Positions 1 to 9,014 of a DNA stretch of 64,000 nt are shown one piece after another. The notes beneath the pieces were generated by a model. The model was given only the letters and a program-made list of their open reading frames with translations, did no database searches and had not been told where the DNA came from. This DNA is from Oscillospiraceae bacterium (GTDB lineage: Bacteria; Bacillota; Clostridia; Oscillospirales; Ruminococcaceae), in contig CAAGJO010000003.1 of assembly GCA_900770285.1 (NCBI GenBank), positions 9,989-73,988 on the forward strand, read 5' to 3'. The first letter of the stretch is position 1; every line of letters begins with the position of its first letter. The position numbers were made by a program, and so were the translations under genes.

Positions 1-79
1 AGCAGGATTTATTAATCTCTTTGGTCTTCCAATCAAGGTTCGTGCAAAACTTGAAGAAAAGAGAAAGAATAACAAGTAA
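1..79 (+). CDS. argG: Argininosuccinate synthase, C-terminal fragment (partial, runs off window start)
   Basis: Frame starting at nt 2 reads AGFINLFGLPIKVRAKLEEKRKNNK*, matching the ArgG C-terminal 'GFI.LFGLP' motif; lies directly upstream of argH. Confidence 0.85.
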   Translation, partial: AGFINLFGLPIKVRAKLEEKRKNNK

Positions 80-103
80 TATCGTATTATGATATAAAAC
101 AGA

Positions 104-159
104 GGGCAGGATAATTCTGCATAACTTCTTAAGTGAATTTTATGCAGGTTGTTTTGCCC
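104..159 (+). other. Long intergenic stem-loop between argG and argH
   Basis: GGGCAGGATAATTCTGCATAA ... TTATGCAGGTTGTTTTGCCC forms about 20 bp with G-U pairs and one bulge; the T-run starts only 5 nt after the stem. Confidence 0.7.
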
Positions 160-205
160 ATGCGTTTTTTAAGAAAATAATTGATTTTTGAAAGGATATT
201 TCACT

Positions 206-1582
206 ATGGCTGGGAAAATGTGGGCAGGAAGATTTACAAAGGAAACGGATGAACGAGTAAACGATTTTAATTCGTCAATTTCCTTTGACGCAAGAATGTA
301 TAAGCAGGATATTGAAGGTTCAATAGCTCATGCAACAATGCTTGGCGAGCAGGGTATAATCGACCTTGAGGAAAGCAAAAAGATAGTCGAAGGACTAAAA
401 GAAATTCTTGCGGATATTGAATCGGGCAAACTGCAGTTTGACCCAACTGCTGAAGATGTGCATATGTTTGTGGAGGCTGAGCTTACATCTCGTTTAGGTG
501 ATACAGGAAAGCGTCTGCACACAGCTCGTTCAAGGAACGATCAGGTCGCACTTGATGTCAGAATGAATGTTAAGGCAGAAATCAAGGAAATTCAAAAGCT
601 GGTAGCTGAACTTATTGAAACTCTGTGCAGTCTTGCAGAGAAAAATCTCGATACGATTATGCCGGGATATACACATATGCAGAGAGCACAGCCTATAACT
701 TTTGCTCATCATATTATGGCATATGCGCAAATGCTCCTTCGTGACCTTGACAGACTGGAGGACACATACAAACGTACCAATATTATGCCGTTGGGAAGCG
801 GTGCGCTTGCATCTACCACTTATAATATCAACAGACAGCGTGTATGTGATTTACTGGGATTTGATGAGATTACACAGAACTCTCTTGACGGCGTTTCGGA
901 CAGAGATTTCTGTATTGAATTTGTATCGGCAATATCTATGTTAATGATGCACCTTTCAAGATTTTCGGAAGAAATCATTATGTGGTGTTCATGGGAATTT
1001 AAGTTTGTTGAGCTTGACGACGCTTATGCAACAGGTTCATCAATTATGCCGCAGAAGAAAAATCCGGATGTTACTGAACTTATCCGCGGAAAGACGGGCA
1101 GGGTTTACGGCGACCTCAATACATTGCTTACAATGATGAAAGGCTTGCCTCTTGCGTATAATAAGGATATGCAGGAAGACAAGGAAGCAGTTTTTGACGC
1201 AGTTGACACTGTTAAGCTTTGTCTTACAACATTTATACCAATGATTGAAACTATGAAGGTCATTCCTGAAAATATGAGAAACGCTGCTGCAAGAGGATTC
1301 ATTAATGCTACCGACTGCGCAGATTATCTCGTGAAAAAGGGTATGCCGTTCAGAGATGCATATAAGATTACAGGTACATTAGTTCACACATGTATTGAAA
1401 AAAATCTCACATTGGAAACATTGCCTTTGGAAGAATATCAAAAGGTCTGCGATACATTCGGCGATGATGTTTATGATGCAATAAGCCTTGACACCTGCGT
1501 TATGCAGAGAAAGGTCCCCGGCGGTCCTGCTCCTGATGCTGTCAAGGCACAGATAGAATATGTAAGAAACAAACTAAAATAA
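206..1582 (+). CDS. argH: Argininosuccinate lyase
   Basis: MWAGRF N-terminus, [22 protein letters not shown] fumarase-superfamily signature; ATG at 206 follows SD GAAAGGA. Confidence 0.97.
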   Translation: MAGKMWAGRFTKETDERVNDFNSSISFDARMYKQDIEGSIAHATMLGEQGIIDLEESKKIVEGLKEILADIESGKLQFDPTAEDVHMFVEAELTSRLGDTGKRLHTARSRNDQVALDVRMNVKAEIKEIQKLVAELIETLCSLAEKNLDTIMPGYTHMQRAQPITFAHHIMAYAQMLLRDLDRLEDTYKRTNIMPLGSGALASTTYNINRQRVCDLLGFDEITQNSLDGVSDRDFCIEFVSAISMLMMHLSRFSEEIIMWCSWEFKFVELDDAYATGSSIMPQKKNPDVTELIRGKTGRVYGDLNTLLTMMKGLPLAYNKDMQEDKEAVFDAVDTVKLCLTTFIPMIETMKVIPENMRNAAARGFINATDCADYLVKKGMPFRDAYKITGTLVHTCIEKNLTLETLPLEEYQKVCDTFGDDVYDAISLDTCVMQRKVPGGPAPDAVKAQIEYVRNKLK

Positions 1583-1591
1583 GGTACAGAA

Positions 1592-2056
1592 ATGAAGAAA
1601 AATAACATCAATACTTTTTGGATAACCGCAGCAATTCTTGTTATTGTATGGACTGCTGTCGTAAGCAGTTTGTTTTATTATTCTACTGAGGTAACAACAT
1701 CTCTGCTGCCGTTTATACTGGGATTTCTCTTTGTTTATCCTATCGGAACATTTGCAGCGTGTTTTTGGTATGCATATAAATATGCAAGAATATTTATTTT
1801 GCAGATACCAATGTTTATTATAGTGATTTTTCAGTATTTTCTGTTTGGATTTAAAAGCATAACGCCCGATTATCTGATTATGTCATTGATAGTTATAATT
1901 CTCGGTACGGTTGTTGGAAGGAGCTTTTCAAAAAAAGAGTACTCTACAATTAAAGAGAAGATAGATGCAAGAAGAATTGAAAAGGAAAATGCCGAGAAGG
2001 AATATAAAAGTATTGTTGATTACAAATCAATAAAGAGTAATACAAAGAAAAAATAG
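1592..2056 (+). CDS. Hypothetical membrane protein (about 4 TM helices, basic C-terminal tail)
   Basis: Four hydrophobic segments; tightly packed between argH and argC with SD AAGG. Confidence 0.75.
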   Translation: MKKNNINTFWITAAILVIVWTAVVSSLFYYSTEVTTSLLPFILGFLFVYPIGTFAACFWYAYKYARIFILQIPMFIIVIFQYFLFGFKSITPDYLIMSLIVIILGTVVGRSFSKKEYSTIKEKIDARRIEKENAEKEYKSIVDYKSIKSNTKKK

Positions 2057-2068
2057 AGGGGTTTCAAT

Positions 2069-3016
2069 ATGAAAACAAAGGTCTTCATAGACGGAAAAGA
2101 AGGTACTACAGGACTTCAGATTTTTGAAAGATTTGAAAAGCGAAACGACTTGGAACTGCTTTTGATTGATGAAGATAAAAGAAAAGATATAAATGAACGT
2201 AAAAGACTTATTAATGAATCTGATATAACATTTTTGTGTTTGCCTGACGCTGCTGCCATTGAGGCAGTAAAACTTTGCGAAAATCCGGACACAAGAATTA
2301 TTGATGCCTCAACTGCTCACAGAACAAATCCTCAGTGGGATTATGGCTTTCCTGAACTTTCTGTAAAACACAGAGAAGCTATAAGAAATTCCAAGAGGGT
2401 CGCCAATCCCGGCTGTTATGCCAGCGGTTTTATCAGCTTGGTTTATCCATTGGTTAAGGCAGGAGTTTTGCCTGAGGATTATCCGCTTACTGCGCATGCT
2501 GTTTCAGGCTACAGCGGCGGAGGAAAGAAAATGATTGCTGCAATGGAGGGAGAAAGCAAGACGAAAGAAATGTTCTCTCCAAGACAGTATGCTTTAACCC
2601 AGACGCACAAGCATTTGCCTGAAATGCAGTATGTATGCGGACTTAAATACAAGCCGATGTTTAATCCTGTCGTTGATGATTATTACAATGGCATGGTAGT
2701 ATCTGTTCCTTTGATATCAAGAGCTTTAAGCAAGAACTATACTCCAAAGGACATTCATGAAATTCTGTCTGCTCACTATGAAGGTCAGAAGTATGTTAAG
2801 GTTATGGAACTTGGGGGAAAAGACACATTGCCCGATGGATTTCTTGCGGCAAACACTCTTTCCGGAACAAATGATATGCAGATTTTTGTATTCGGAAATG
2901 ATGAACAGATTTTGCTTTGCTCACGTTTTGACAATCTTGGAAAAGGTGCAAGCGGCGCTGCTGTCCAGAACATGGATATTATGCTTGGAATTGACGAGAC
3001 TACGGGGTTAGAATAA
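2069..3016 (+). CDS. argC: N-acetyl-gamma-glutamyl-phosphate reductase (short/type 2 ArgC)
   Basis: KVFIDGKEGTTGLQI, DASTAHR, ANPGCY (catalytic Cys), DNLGKGASGAAVQN. Confidence 0.95.
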   Translation: MKTKVFIDGKEGTTGLQIFERFEKRNDLELLLIDEDKRKDINERKRLINESDITFLCLPDAAAIEAVKLCENPDTRIIDASTAHRTNPQWDYGFPELSVKHREAIRNSKRVANPGCYASGFISLVYPLVKAGVLPEDYPLTAHAVSGYSGGGKKMIAAMEGESKTKEMFSPRQYALTQTHKHLPEMQYVCGLKYKPMFNPVVDDYYNGMVVSVPLISRALSKNYTPKDIHEILSAHYEGQKYVKVMELGGKDTLPDGFLAANTLSGTNDMQIFVFGNDEQILLCSRFDNLGKGASGAAVQNMDIMLGIDETTGLE

Positions 3017-3594
3017 TGACGAGCGTATATTTTGTAAGACACGCTTTTCCGGATAAAAATATAATTGAGGATAAAATCAGACCTCTTACAAAGGACGGAC
3101 TCAGGGACAGTACAGCAGTTGCAAATCTGCTGGAAAGCAAGGACATTGATGTGCTTCTGTCAAGTCCATATAAAAGAAGTATGGATACTATCGGAGAGCT
3201 TTCATTAAGGTTAGGTCTTCCTATACTAACTGACAATGATTTCAGAGAAAGAAATGCGGGGAAGTGGCGAGGAGATCATTTCTTCGATTATATCAAAAAA
3301 CAATGGTCAGATTTTGATTATCACATCAAGGACGGTGAAAGCTTGCGCGACGTCCAGCAGCGCAATATTGCGGCACTTAACAGAGCACTTTCTGAATATC
3401 GTGATAAAAATATCGTCATTGCCACTCATGGAACTGCACTCAGTACCATACTTAACTATTATTATCCTGAATATGACTATGACTGCTTTATAAAGATAAT
3501 AGATTTTATGCCATTTGTCATAAGGCTTGATTTTGAAAATGGTAAAGTCATAGGTTCTCAGGTGGAACTGGTGATACATAAGAATTATATATGA
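3016..3594 (+). CDS. Histidine phosphatase (phosphoglycerate mutase-like) family protein
   Basis: VYFVRHA, SSPYKRS..T, DFRER, GES, IATHG motifs; start overlaps the argC stop (TAATG). Confidence 0.88.
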   Translation: MTSVYFVRHAFPDKNIIEDKIRPLTKDGLRDSTAVANLLESKDIDVLLSSPYKRSMDTIGELSLRLGLPILTDNDFRERNAGKWRGDHFFDYIKKQWSDFDYHIKDGESLRDVQQRNIAALNRALSEYRDKNIVIATHGTALSTILNYYYPEYDYDCFIKIIDFMPFVIRLDFENGKVIGSQVELVIHKNYI

Positions 3595-3612
3595 TATCAG
3601 GAGGCGTATTCT

Positions 3613-4080
3613 ATGCAGCAGGTTTTGAATTTGCTTGAACAGTTGAATATCAGTTGCAATTTTGTTGAACACGAAGCGGTTTATACCTGTGAGCAGGCTG
3701 AATTTGTCAAGAATCTGATTAACGGGCAAGGATGTAAAAACTTGTTTCTCAGAAATAATAAAAAGCAGTTTTTTCTTTATGTTCTGCCTGACGACAAGAG
3801 AGCAAACCTGAAGGAACTGGGAAAACAGTTGAACATAGGGCATTTGTCCTTTGGCAGCGAGCAGGCTTTATGGGATATTTTAAAACTGAAAGCGGGAAGT
3901 GTTTCGCCTTTTGGAATCATAAATGACGAGGAAAATCTGGTCACATTAATTATAGACAGTGACCTAAAAGATAAGGTTCTGCTTTTTCATCCCAATGACA
4001 ACAGAGCAACTTTCAGCATAGAATACATGGATTTAATTAAAGTTATAGAATATTTAAAACATAAATTTGTTATTATTTAA
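3613..4080 (+). CDS. YbaK/ProX-type aminoacyl-tRNA editing (prolyl-tRNA synthetase-associated) protein
   Basis: CKNLFL, LSF, GSVSPFG, FHPNDNRAT motifs typical of ProXp-ala/YbaK domains; SD GGAGG. Confidence 0.88.
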   Translation: MQQVLNLLEQLNISCNFVEHEAVYTCEQAEFVKNLINGQGCKNLFLRNNKKQFFLYVLPDDKRANLKELGKQLNIGHLSFGSEQALWDILKLKAGSVSPFGIINDEENLVTLIIDSDLKDKVLLFHPNDNRATFSIEYMDLIKVIEYLKHKFVII

Positions 4081-4094
4081 AAGGGGTTACATAA

Positions 4095-5342
4095 ATGAAG
4101 AATTTTGAAGGATATAAATATATTGACGGTGGAGTATGTGCGTCAAAAGGTTTTAAAGCAAGCGGTGTATACTGCGGTATAAAGGCTGAAGAAACTGGCA
4201 GCAGAAAAAATGATATTGCTTTGGTTGTATCGGACAGTATTTGCAATGCAGCTGCTGTTTATACACAGAATAAGGTCAAAGGTGCACCGGTCTTGGTAAC
4301 AAAAGCTAACCTTGCCAAAACGGGCGGAAAAGCAAAAGCAGTTATTGTAAACTCAAAAAATGCAAATACCTGCAACGCTGACGGTGAAGAAAAAGCAAAA
4401 AAGATGTGCGAGCTTACTGCAAATGCTTTAAATATAAAGCCTGAGGAAGTTATAGTAGCTTCTACGGGGGTTATCGGACAGATTTTACCTATTGAACCTA
4501 TTGAAAAGGCTATGCCAAAGCTTGTACTGGGACTTTGTGTATGCGGCAACGAGGATGCTGCAACTGCTATTATGACTACTGACACAGTGAAAAAAGAAGT
4601 TGCTGTTGAGTTTGAAATTGACGGAAAGACTTGTCATCTTGGCGGTATGGCTAAAGGAAGCGGAATGATTCACCCGAATATGGCAACGACTTTGAATTTT
4701 ATTACTACTGACTGTGCTGTTTCCGTTGAAATGCTTCAAAAATCACTTAGCGAGATCGTTAAGATTACATATAACTGTCTGTCAGTTGACGGAGACCAAT
4801 CCACAAACGATATGGTTGCTGTTATGGCAAACGGCCTGGCAGGAAACAAAGAAATTTCAGAAGAAAATAAGGAATACGAGATCTTTAAACAGGCACTTTA
4901 CATTGTAATGATGAATATGACAAGAATGCTTGCAAAGGACGGAGAGGGCGCAACAAAGCTATTGGAGTGTCACGTTTCAGGAGCAAAGGATCAGGACATA
5001 GCTATAACAGTTGCAAAAAGCATTGTATGCTCTACACTTTTCAAGTGTGCAATTTTTGGTGCAGATGCTAACTGGGGCAGAATTTTATGTGCTATAGGTT
5101 ATGCAGACGCAGAATTTGACATTAACAAGGTATCGGTTGATATATCATCTGAGGCAGGAAGTATTCATGTATGCGAAAATGGTGCAGGTGTAGAATTCTC
5201 AGAAGATGAGGCTAAAAAGATCTTGCTTGAAGATGAGATTACAGTAACTGTTTCCATCGGTGACGGAGAGGGAACAGCTACTGCCTGGGGCTGCGATATG
5301 ACTTATGACTATGTTAAAATTAACGGAGATTACAGATCTTAA
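4095..5342 (+). CDS. argJ: Ornithine acetyltransferase / N-acetylglutamate synthase
   Basis: ASTGVIG, GMAKGSGMIHPNMAT (autocleavage site), DGDQSTND, DGEGATK, YVKINGDYRS. Confidence 0.96.
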   Translation: MKNFEGYKYIDGGVCASKGFKASGVYCGIKAEETGSRKNDIALVVSDSICNAAAVYTQNKVKGAPVLVTKANLAKTGGKAKAVIVNSKNANTCNADGEEKAKKMCELTANALNIKPEEVIVASTGVIGQILPIEPIEKAMPKLVLGLCVCGNEDAATAIMTTDTVKKEVAVEFEIDGKTCHLGGMAKGSGMIHPNMATTLNFITTDCAVSVEMLQKSLSEIVKITYNCLSVDGDQSTNDMVAVMANGLAGNKEISEENKEYEIFKQALYIVMMNMTRMLAKDGEGATKLLECHVSGAKDQDIAITVAKSIVCSTLFKCAIFGADANWGRILCAIGYADAEFDINKVSVDISSEAGSIHVCENGAGVEFSEDEAKKILLEDEITVTVSIGDGEGTATAWGCDMTYDYVKINGDYRS

Positions 5343-5357
5343 TTTCATATAAAAGGG

Positions 5358-6236
5358 ATGACTAAAATGGAAAGCTTAGAGCAAATATCCAATTCGCTGC
5401 GTTCAAGAGTGCTTATTGATGCGCTTCCTTATATTCAGAAATATCATAATAAAATTGTTGTTATAAAATACGGCGGAAATGCTATGAAAAATGAAGAGCT
5501 TAAAGAGGCGGTTATGACTGACATTGTGCTGTTAAGTGAGGTTGGCATAAAGGTTGTGCTCGTTCATGGCGGAGGCCCGGATATCAACAAAATGCTTGAT
5601 AGAGTGGGAATTGAAAGCAAGTTTATCGGCGGACTAAGATATACTGATGAAGATACCATTGATATTGTTAAAATGGTGCTTTGCGGAAAGGTTAACAAAG
5701 AGCTTGTTTCTGCTTTGCAGCTGCACGGCGGAAAAGCTCTCGGGCTTTGCGGCTGTGACGGCGAGCTGATTATTGCAAACAAGCTGGAGGGCGACATCGA
5801 CCTTGGATATGTAGGTGAGATAAAACGCATAACAACTAAACCAATTATCGATGCCTTAAACAATGGTTACATTCCTGTTATTGCAACAGTTGGTACATCA
5901 GAAAATGGTCAGGCATATAATATAAATGCTGATACTGCAGCGGCAAGAATTGCATCATGTCTCAGAGCTGAAAATCTTGTGCTTATGACAGATATTGCAG
6001 GACTTATGCTTGACAAGGACGATGAAAGCACGCTTATCCCATCAGTTCAGGTAAGTGAAGTTCCATATATGAAAAAGTCGGGAATTATCAGCGGCGGAAT
6101 GATTCCGAAAATCGAGTGCTGTGTTGAAGCTGTTAGACGTGGAGTTAAAAGAACCTGTATTATTGACGGCAGAGTACCTCATTCAATTTTAATCGAATTG
6201 CTTTCTAATGAAGGTATCGGAACACAGTTTGTTTAA
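5358..6236 (+). CDS. argB: Acetylglutamate kinase
   Basis: VIKYGGNAM, VHGGGP, NINADTAA, GGMIPK; N-terminal ALPYIQ helix and C-terminal EGIGT typical of arginine-sensitive NAGK. Confidence 0.96.
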   Translation: MTKMESLEQISNSLRSRVLIDALPYIQKYHNKIVVIKYGGNAMKNEELKEAVMTDIVLLSEVGIKVVLVHGGGPDINKMLDRVGIESKFIGGLRYTDEDTIDIVKMVLCGKVNKELVSALQLHGGKALGLCGCDGELIIANKLEGDIDLGYVGEIKRITTKPIIDALNNGYIPVIATVGTSENGQAYNINADTAAARIASCLRAENLVLMTDIAGLMLDKDDESTLIPSVQVSEVPYMKKSGIISGGMIPKIECCVEAVRRGVKRTCIIDGRVPHSILIELLSNEGIGTQFV

Positions 6237-6690
6237 ATTTATAATAGGAGAGAAATCACGTGGATTGTATTTTGGCAAAAGAGTTGCACTTTCTGCTTTA
6301 TTATTAGCAGTTGCAACGGTTTTGTCAATTATATTCCTGAACTGGCAAATTTCCTTATTTTGCGGATTGCTTATGATAGCTTTTCCGTTAGCTTTGATTC
6401 TAAGAAGAAAATCGGCGGTAAATAAGGCTTATGAATCACAAAAAGACAAAATTATTAATCATGAACGCAAATATGAATTTTTTGATGATGCGTTTCATAT
6501 TACTACCGATTATTCACAAACCGAAATTAAATACAGCACAGTTGCCAAACTTATCAACAGTACAGATTATTTGATTTTTGTGGACAGTGGACTTATGTAT
6601 TTTATGAAGAAGTCGGGTTTTATAAAAGGAAATGCTGAAGGTTTTCTTAAATTCATAGAAGGTAAAAACATAAATATCAAAACAGTTTAA
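6208..6690 (+). CDS. YcxB-like membrane protein (start uncertain, possibly 5'-truncated)
   Basis: Two TM helices followed by 'YEFFDD..I....S..EIKYS.V.K.....DYLIF' YcxB-like pattern; no clean SD/start pair. Confidence 0.6.
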   Translation: MKVSEHSLFKFIIGEKSRGLYFGKRVALSALLLAVATVLSIIFLNWQISLFCGLLMIAFPLALILRRKSAVNKAYESQKDKIINHERKYEFFDDAFHITTDYSQTEIKYSTVAKLINSTDYLIFVDSGLMYFMKKSGFIKGNAEGFLKFIEGKNINIKTV

Positions 6691-6710
6691 TAAATATATA
6701 GGAGCATTAA

Positions 6711-7895
6711 ATGAGTACAATAGAAGAATTTAATAAATATGTCATGGGAACATACGGCAGGCTTGACCTTGTTCTTGACAGCGGTGAAGGACGTATTGCT
6801 ACTGATGAAAACGGGAATAAGTATATAGACTTTGGCTCAGGAATTGGTACAAACAGTCTTGGCTATTGTGACAATGAGTGGGTCGAGGCGGTTTGCAGTC
6901 AGGTAAAGTCTATTCAGCATACGTCGAATTATTACTATACAAAAGTTCAGGCTGCATTTGCCAAAAAGTTATGTGAAAGCACTGGCTACAGCAAAGTCTT
7001 TTTTGGGAATTCAGGTGCAGAGGCAAATGAATGTGCAATAAAAATTGCAAGAAAATACAGTTTTGATAAATACGGAAAGGGCAGAAGCATTATACTGACC
7101 TTAACAAACAGCTTTCATGGAAGAACAATAGCAACTCTTTCCGCAACAGGACAAGATGTTTTTCATAATTACTTTTTCCCGTTTGTTGAGGACTTTGTCA
7201 ATGTAAAAACAAATGATATTAAGGATTTAAAAGAAAAGTTAAAGGAATATGACGGCAAGGTTTGCGCAGTTATGTTTGAATTTGTTCAGGGTGAAGGCGG
7301 AGTAATAAAGCTGGATGATGAGTTTGTCGATGAGATTTTTAATGAATGTGAAAAGCGGGATATTCTCACTATCGGCGATGAGGTACAGACCGGCGTAGGA
7401 AGAACAGGAAAACTTCTTGCAGGTGAAAATTTCGGTAAAAAGCCGAATATCACAACCTTAGCTAAGGGACTGGCAGGGGGACTTCCTATTTGTGCGTGTC
7501 TTGCTGATGAAAAGTGCAGTGAAGTTTTAGTTAAAGGCACACACGGTTCGACCTTCGGTGGTAATCCTATATGCTGTGCCGGCGGAAAAATCGTACTTGA
7601 TAAGGTTACCGGAAAAGGCTTTTTGGAAGAAGTTTCAGATAAGGCTGATTATTTCAGAAAAAAGCTTGAAGAAATCCACGAGGTTGAGGGTGTAGACGGA
7701 CTTGGACTTATGATTGGTGTTCGTTTGAAAAGCAAGAAAGCAGGAGAAGTTTTGCAGAAATGCTTTGAAAACGGACTGCTGATATTGACGGCAAAGGATA
7801 AGCTGAGATTCCTGCCGCCGCTTAATATATCTTATGATGAAATTGACAGGGGAATTGAAATTCTTAAAAAAGTATTAGAAGAGAAAGGTGATTGA
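6711..7895 (+). CDS. argD: Acetylornithine aminotransferase
   Basis: NSGAEANE, SFHGRT, DEVQTGVGRTG, TLAKGLAGG (PLP lysine), HGSTFGGNP. Confidence 0.95.
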   Translation: MSTIEEFNKYVMGTYGRLDLVLDSGEGRIATDENGNKYIDFGSGIGTNSLGYCDNEWVEAVCSQVKSIQHTSNYYYTKVQAAFAKKLCESTGYSKVFFGNSGAEANECAIKIARKYSFDKYGKGRSIILTLTNSFHGRTIATLSATGQDVFHNYFFPFVEDFVNVKTNDIKDLKEKLKEYDGKVCAVMFEFVQGEGGVIKLDDEFVDEIFNECEKRDILTIGDEVQTGVGRTGKLLAGENFGKKPNITTLAKGLAGGLPICACLADEKCSEVLVKGTHGSTFGGNPICCAGGKIVLDKVTGKGFLEEVSDKADYFRKKLEEIHEVEGVDGLGLMIGVRLKSKKAGEVLQKCFENGLLILTAKDKLRFLPPLNISYDEIDRGIEILKKVLEEKGD

Positions 7896-7897
7896 AC

Positions 7898-8809
7898 ATG
7901 AAGAATTTATTGAAATTATTGGATTTATCAAAAGAAGAAATTATTGATATTTTAAACCTTGCAGACCAGCTTAAATATGAAAATAAGAATGGTATTGAGC
8001 ATCATATTTTAAAGGGAAAAACTCTCGGTATGATTTTCCAGAAATCTTCAACTCGTACCCGTGTTTCATTTGAAACCGGTATGTATCAGCTTGGCGGTCA
8101 GGCGCTGTTCCTTTCTAACCGTGACCTGCAGATTGGCAGAGGCGAGGATATTCGTGATACTGCACGAGTTCTTTCACGTTATCTGGACGGAATTATGATT
8201 CGTACATTTGAGCAGAAGGAAGTTGAAGATTTAGTTGAATACGGTTCAATTCCTGTAATAAATGGCTTGACAGACCTTTGCCACCCATGTCAGGTTCTTG
8301 CCGACCTTATGACTATTCGTGAATTTAAAGGTACATTTGACGGTTTGAAGATGTGTTACATAGGCGATGGAAACAACATGGCAAATTCGCTTATTGTAGG
8401 CGGATTAAAGGTTGGAATGGAAGTTGCCGTAGCTTGTCCGAAGGATTATCAGCCTGATGATGAAGTACTGAAATTTACCAAGCAGTATGGCGATAAGTTC
8501 TCAATGACAGATGTTCCTCTTGAAGCAGCAAAGGACTGTGATGTTTTATTCACAGATGTATGGACATCTATGGGTGAAGAGGCTGAAACAGAAAAAAGAA
8601 AGATTGCTTTCAAGGGATATCAGATCAATGACGAGATTATGTCTGTTGCAAAGCCTGACGCTATGGTTCAGCATTGTCTGCCTGCTCATCGTGAAGAAGA
8701 AATTACTGAAAAGGTGTTTGAGGCTCATGCAACAGAAATTTTTGAAGAGGCTGAAAACCGACTTCATGCTCAGAAAGCCGTTATGGTAAAGGTTATGGCG
8801 GATAAATAA
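7898..8809 (+). CDS. argF: Ornithine carbamoyltransferase
   Basis: SSTRTRVSFE, HPCQ, DVWTSMG, HCLP, ENRLH; ATG at 7898 after SD GAAAGGTG. Confidence 0.97.
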   Translation: MKNLLKLLDLSKEEIIDILNLADQLKYENKNGIEHHILKGKTLGMIFQKSSTRTRVSFETGMYQLGGQALFLSNRDLQIGRGEDIRDTARVLSRYLDGIMIRTFEQKEVEDLVEYGSIPVINGLTDLCHPCQVLADLMTIREFKGTFDGLKMCYIGDGNNMANSLIVGGLKVGMEVAVACPKDYQPDDEVLKFTKQYGDKFSMTDVPLEAAKDCDVLFTDVWTSMGEEAETEKRKIAFKGYQINDEIMSVAKPDAMVQHCLPAHREEEITEKVFEAHATEIFEEAENRLHAQKAVMVKVMADK

Positions 8810-8819
8810 GGGAATTATG

Positions 8820-8851
8820 GAGGAAGCTCGTTTATCGGGCTTTCTCTTTTT
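8820..8851 (+). terminator. Rho-independent terminator of the arg operon
   Basis: GAGGAAGCTCG-TTTAT-CGGGCTTTCTC followed by TTTTT. Confidence 0.8.
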
Positions 8852-8922
8852 AATAGGATAAATAAAAAATGTATAAAGAGTGAACAAAGATGATATTAAA
8901 AGTAAAAAAGTTGTAATTTCAC

Positions 8923-8951
8923 TTGATAAAAGGTTGAAAAAATAGTATAAT
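8923..8951 (+). promoter_or_regulatory. SigA-type promoter of the carboxyltransferase cluster
   Basis: TTGATA-17 bp-TATAAT. Confidence 0.7.
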
Positions 8952-9014
8952 TTTATTTGTATAGGTATGTAGGTTATGACATATCATTCAAGTTTATTGA
9001 TAGGAGGAAACTGT

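Noticed and set aside
3307..3843. 178-aa minus-strand ORF
   Set aside because: Overlaps two well-supported plus-strand genes in the arg operon.
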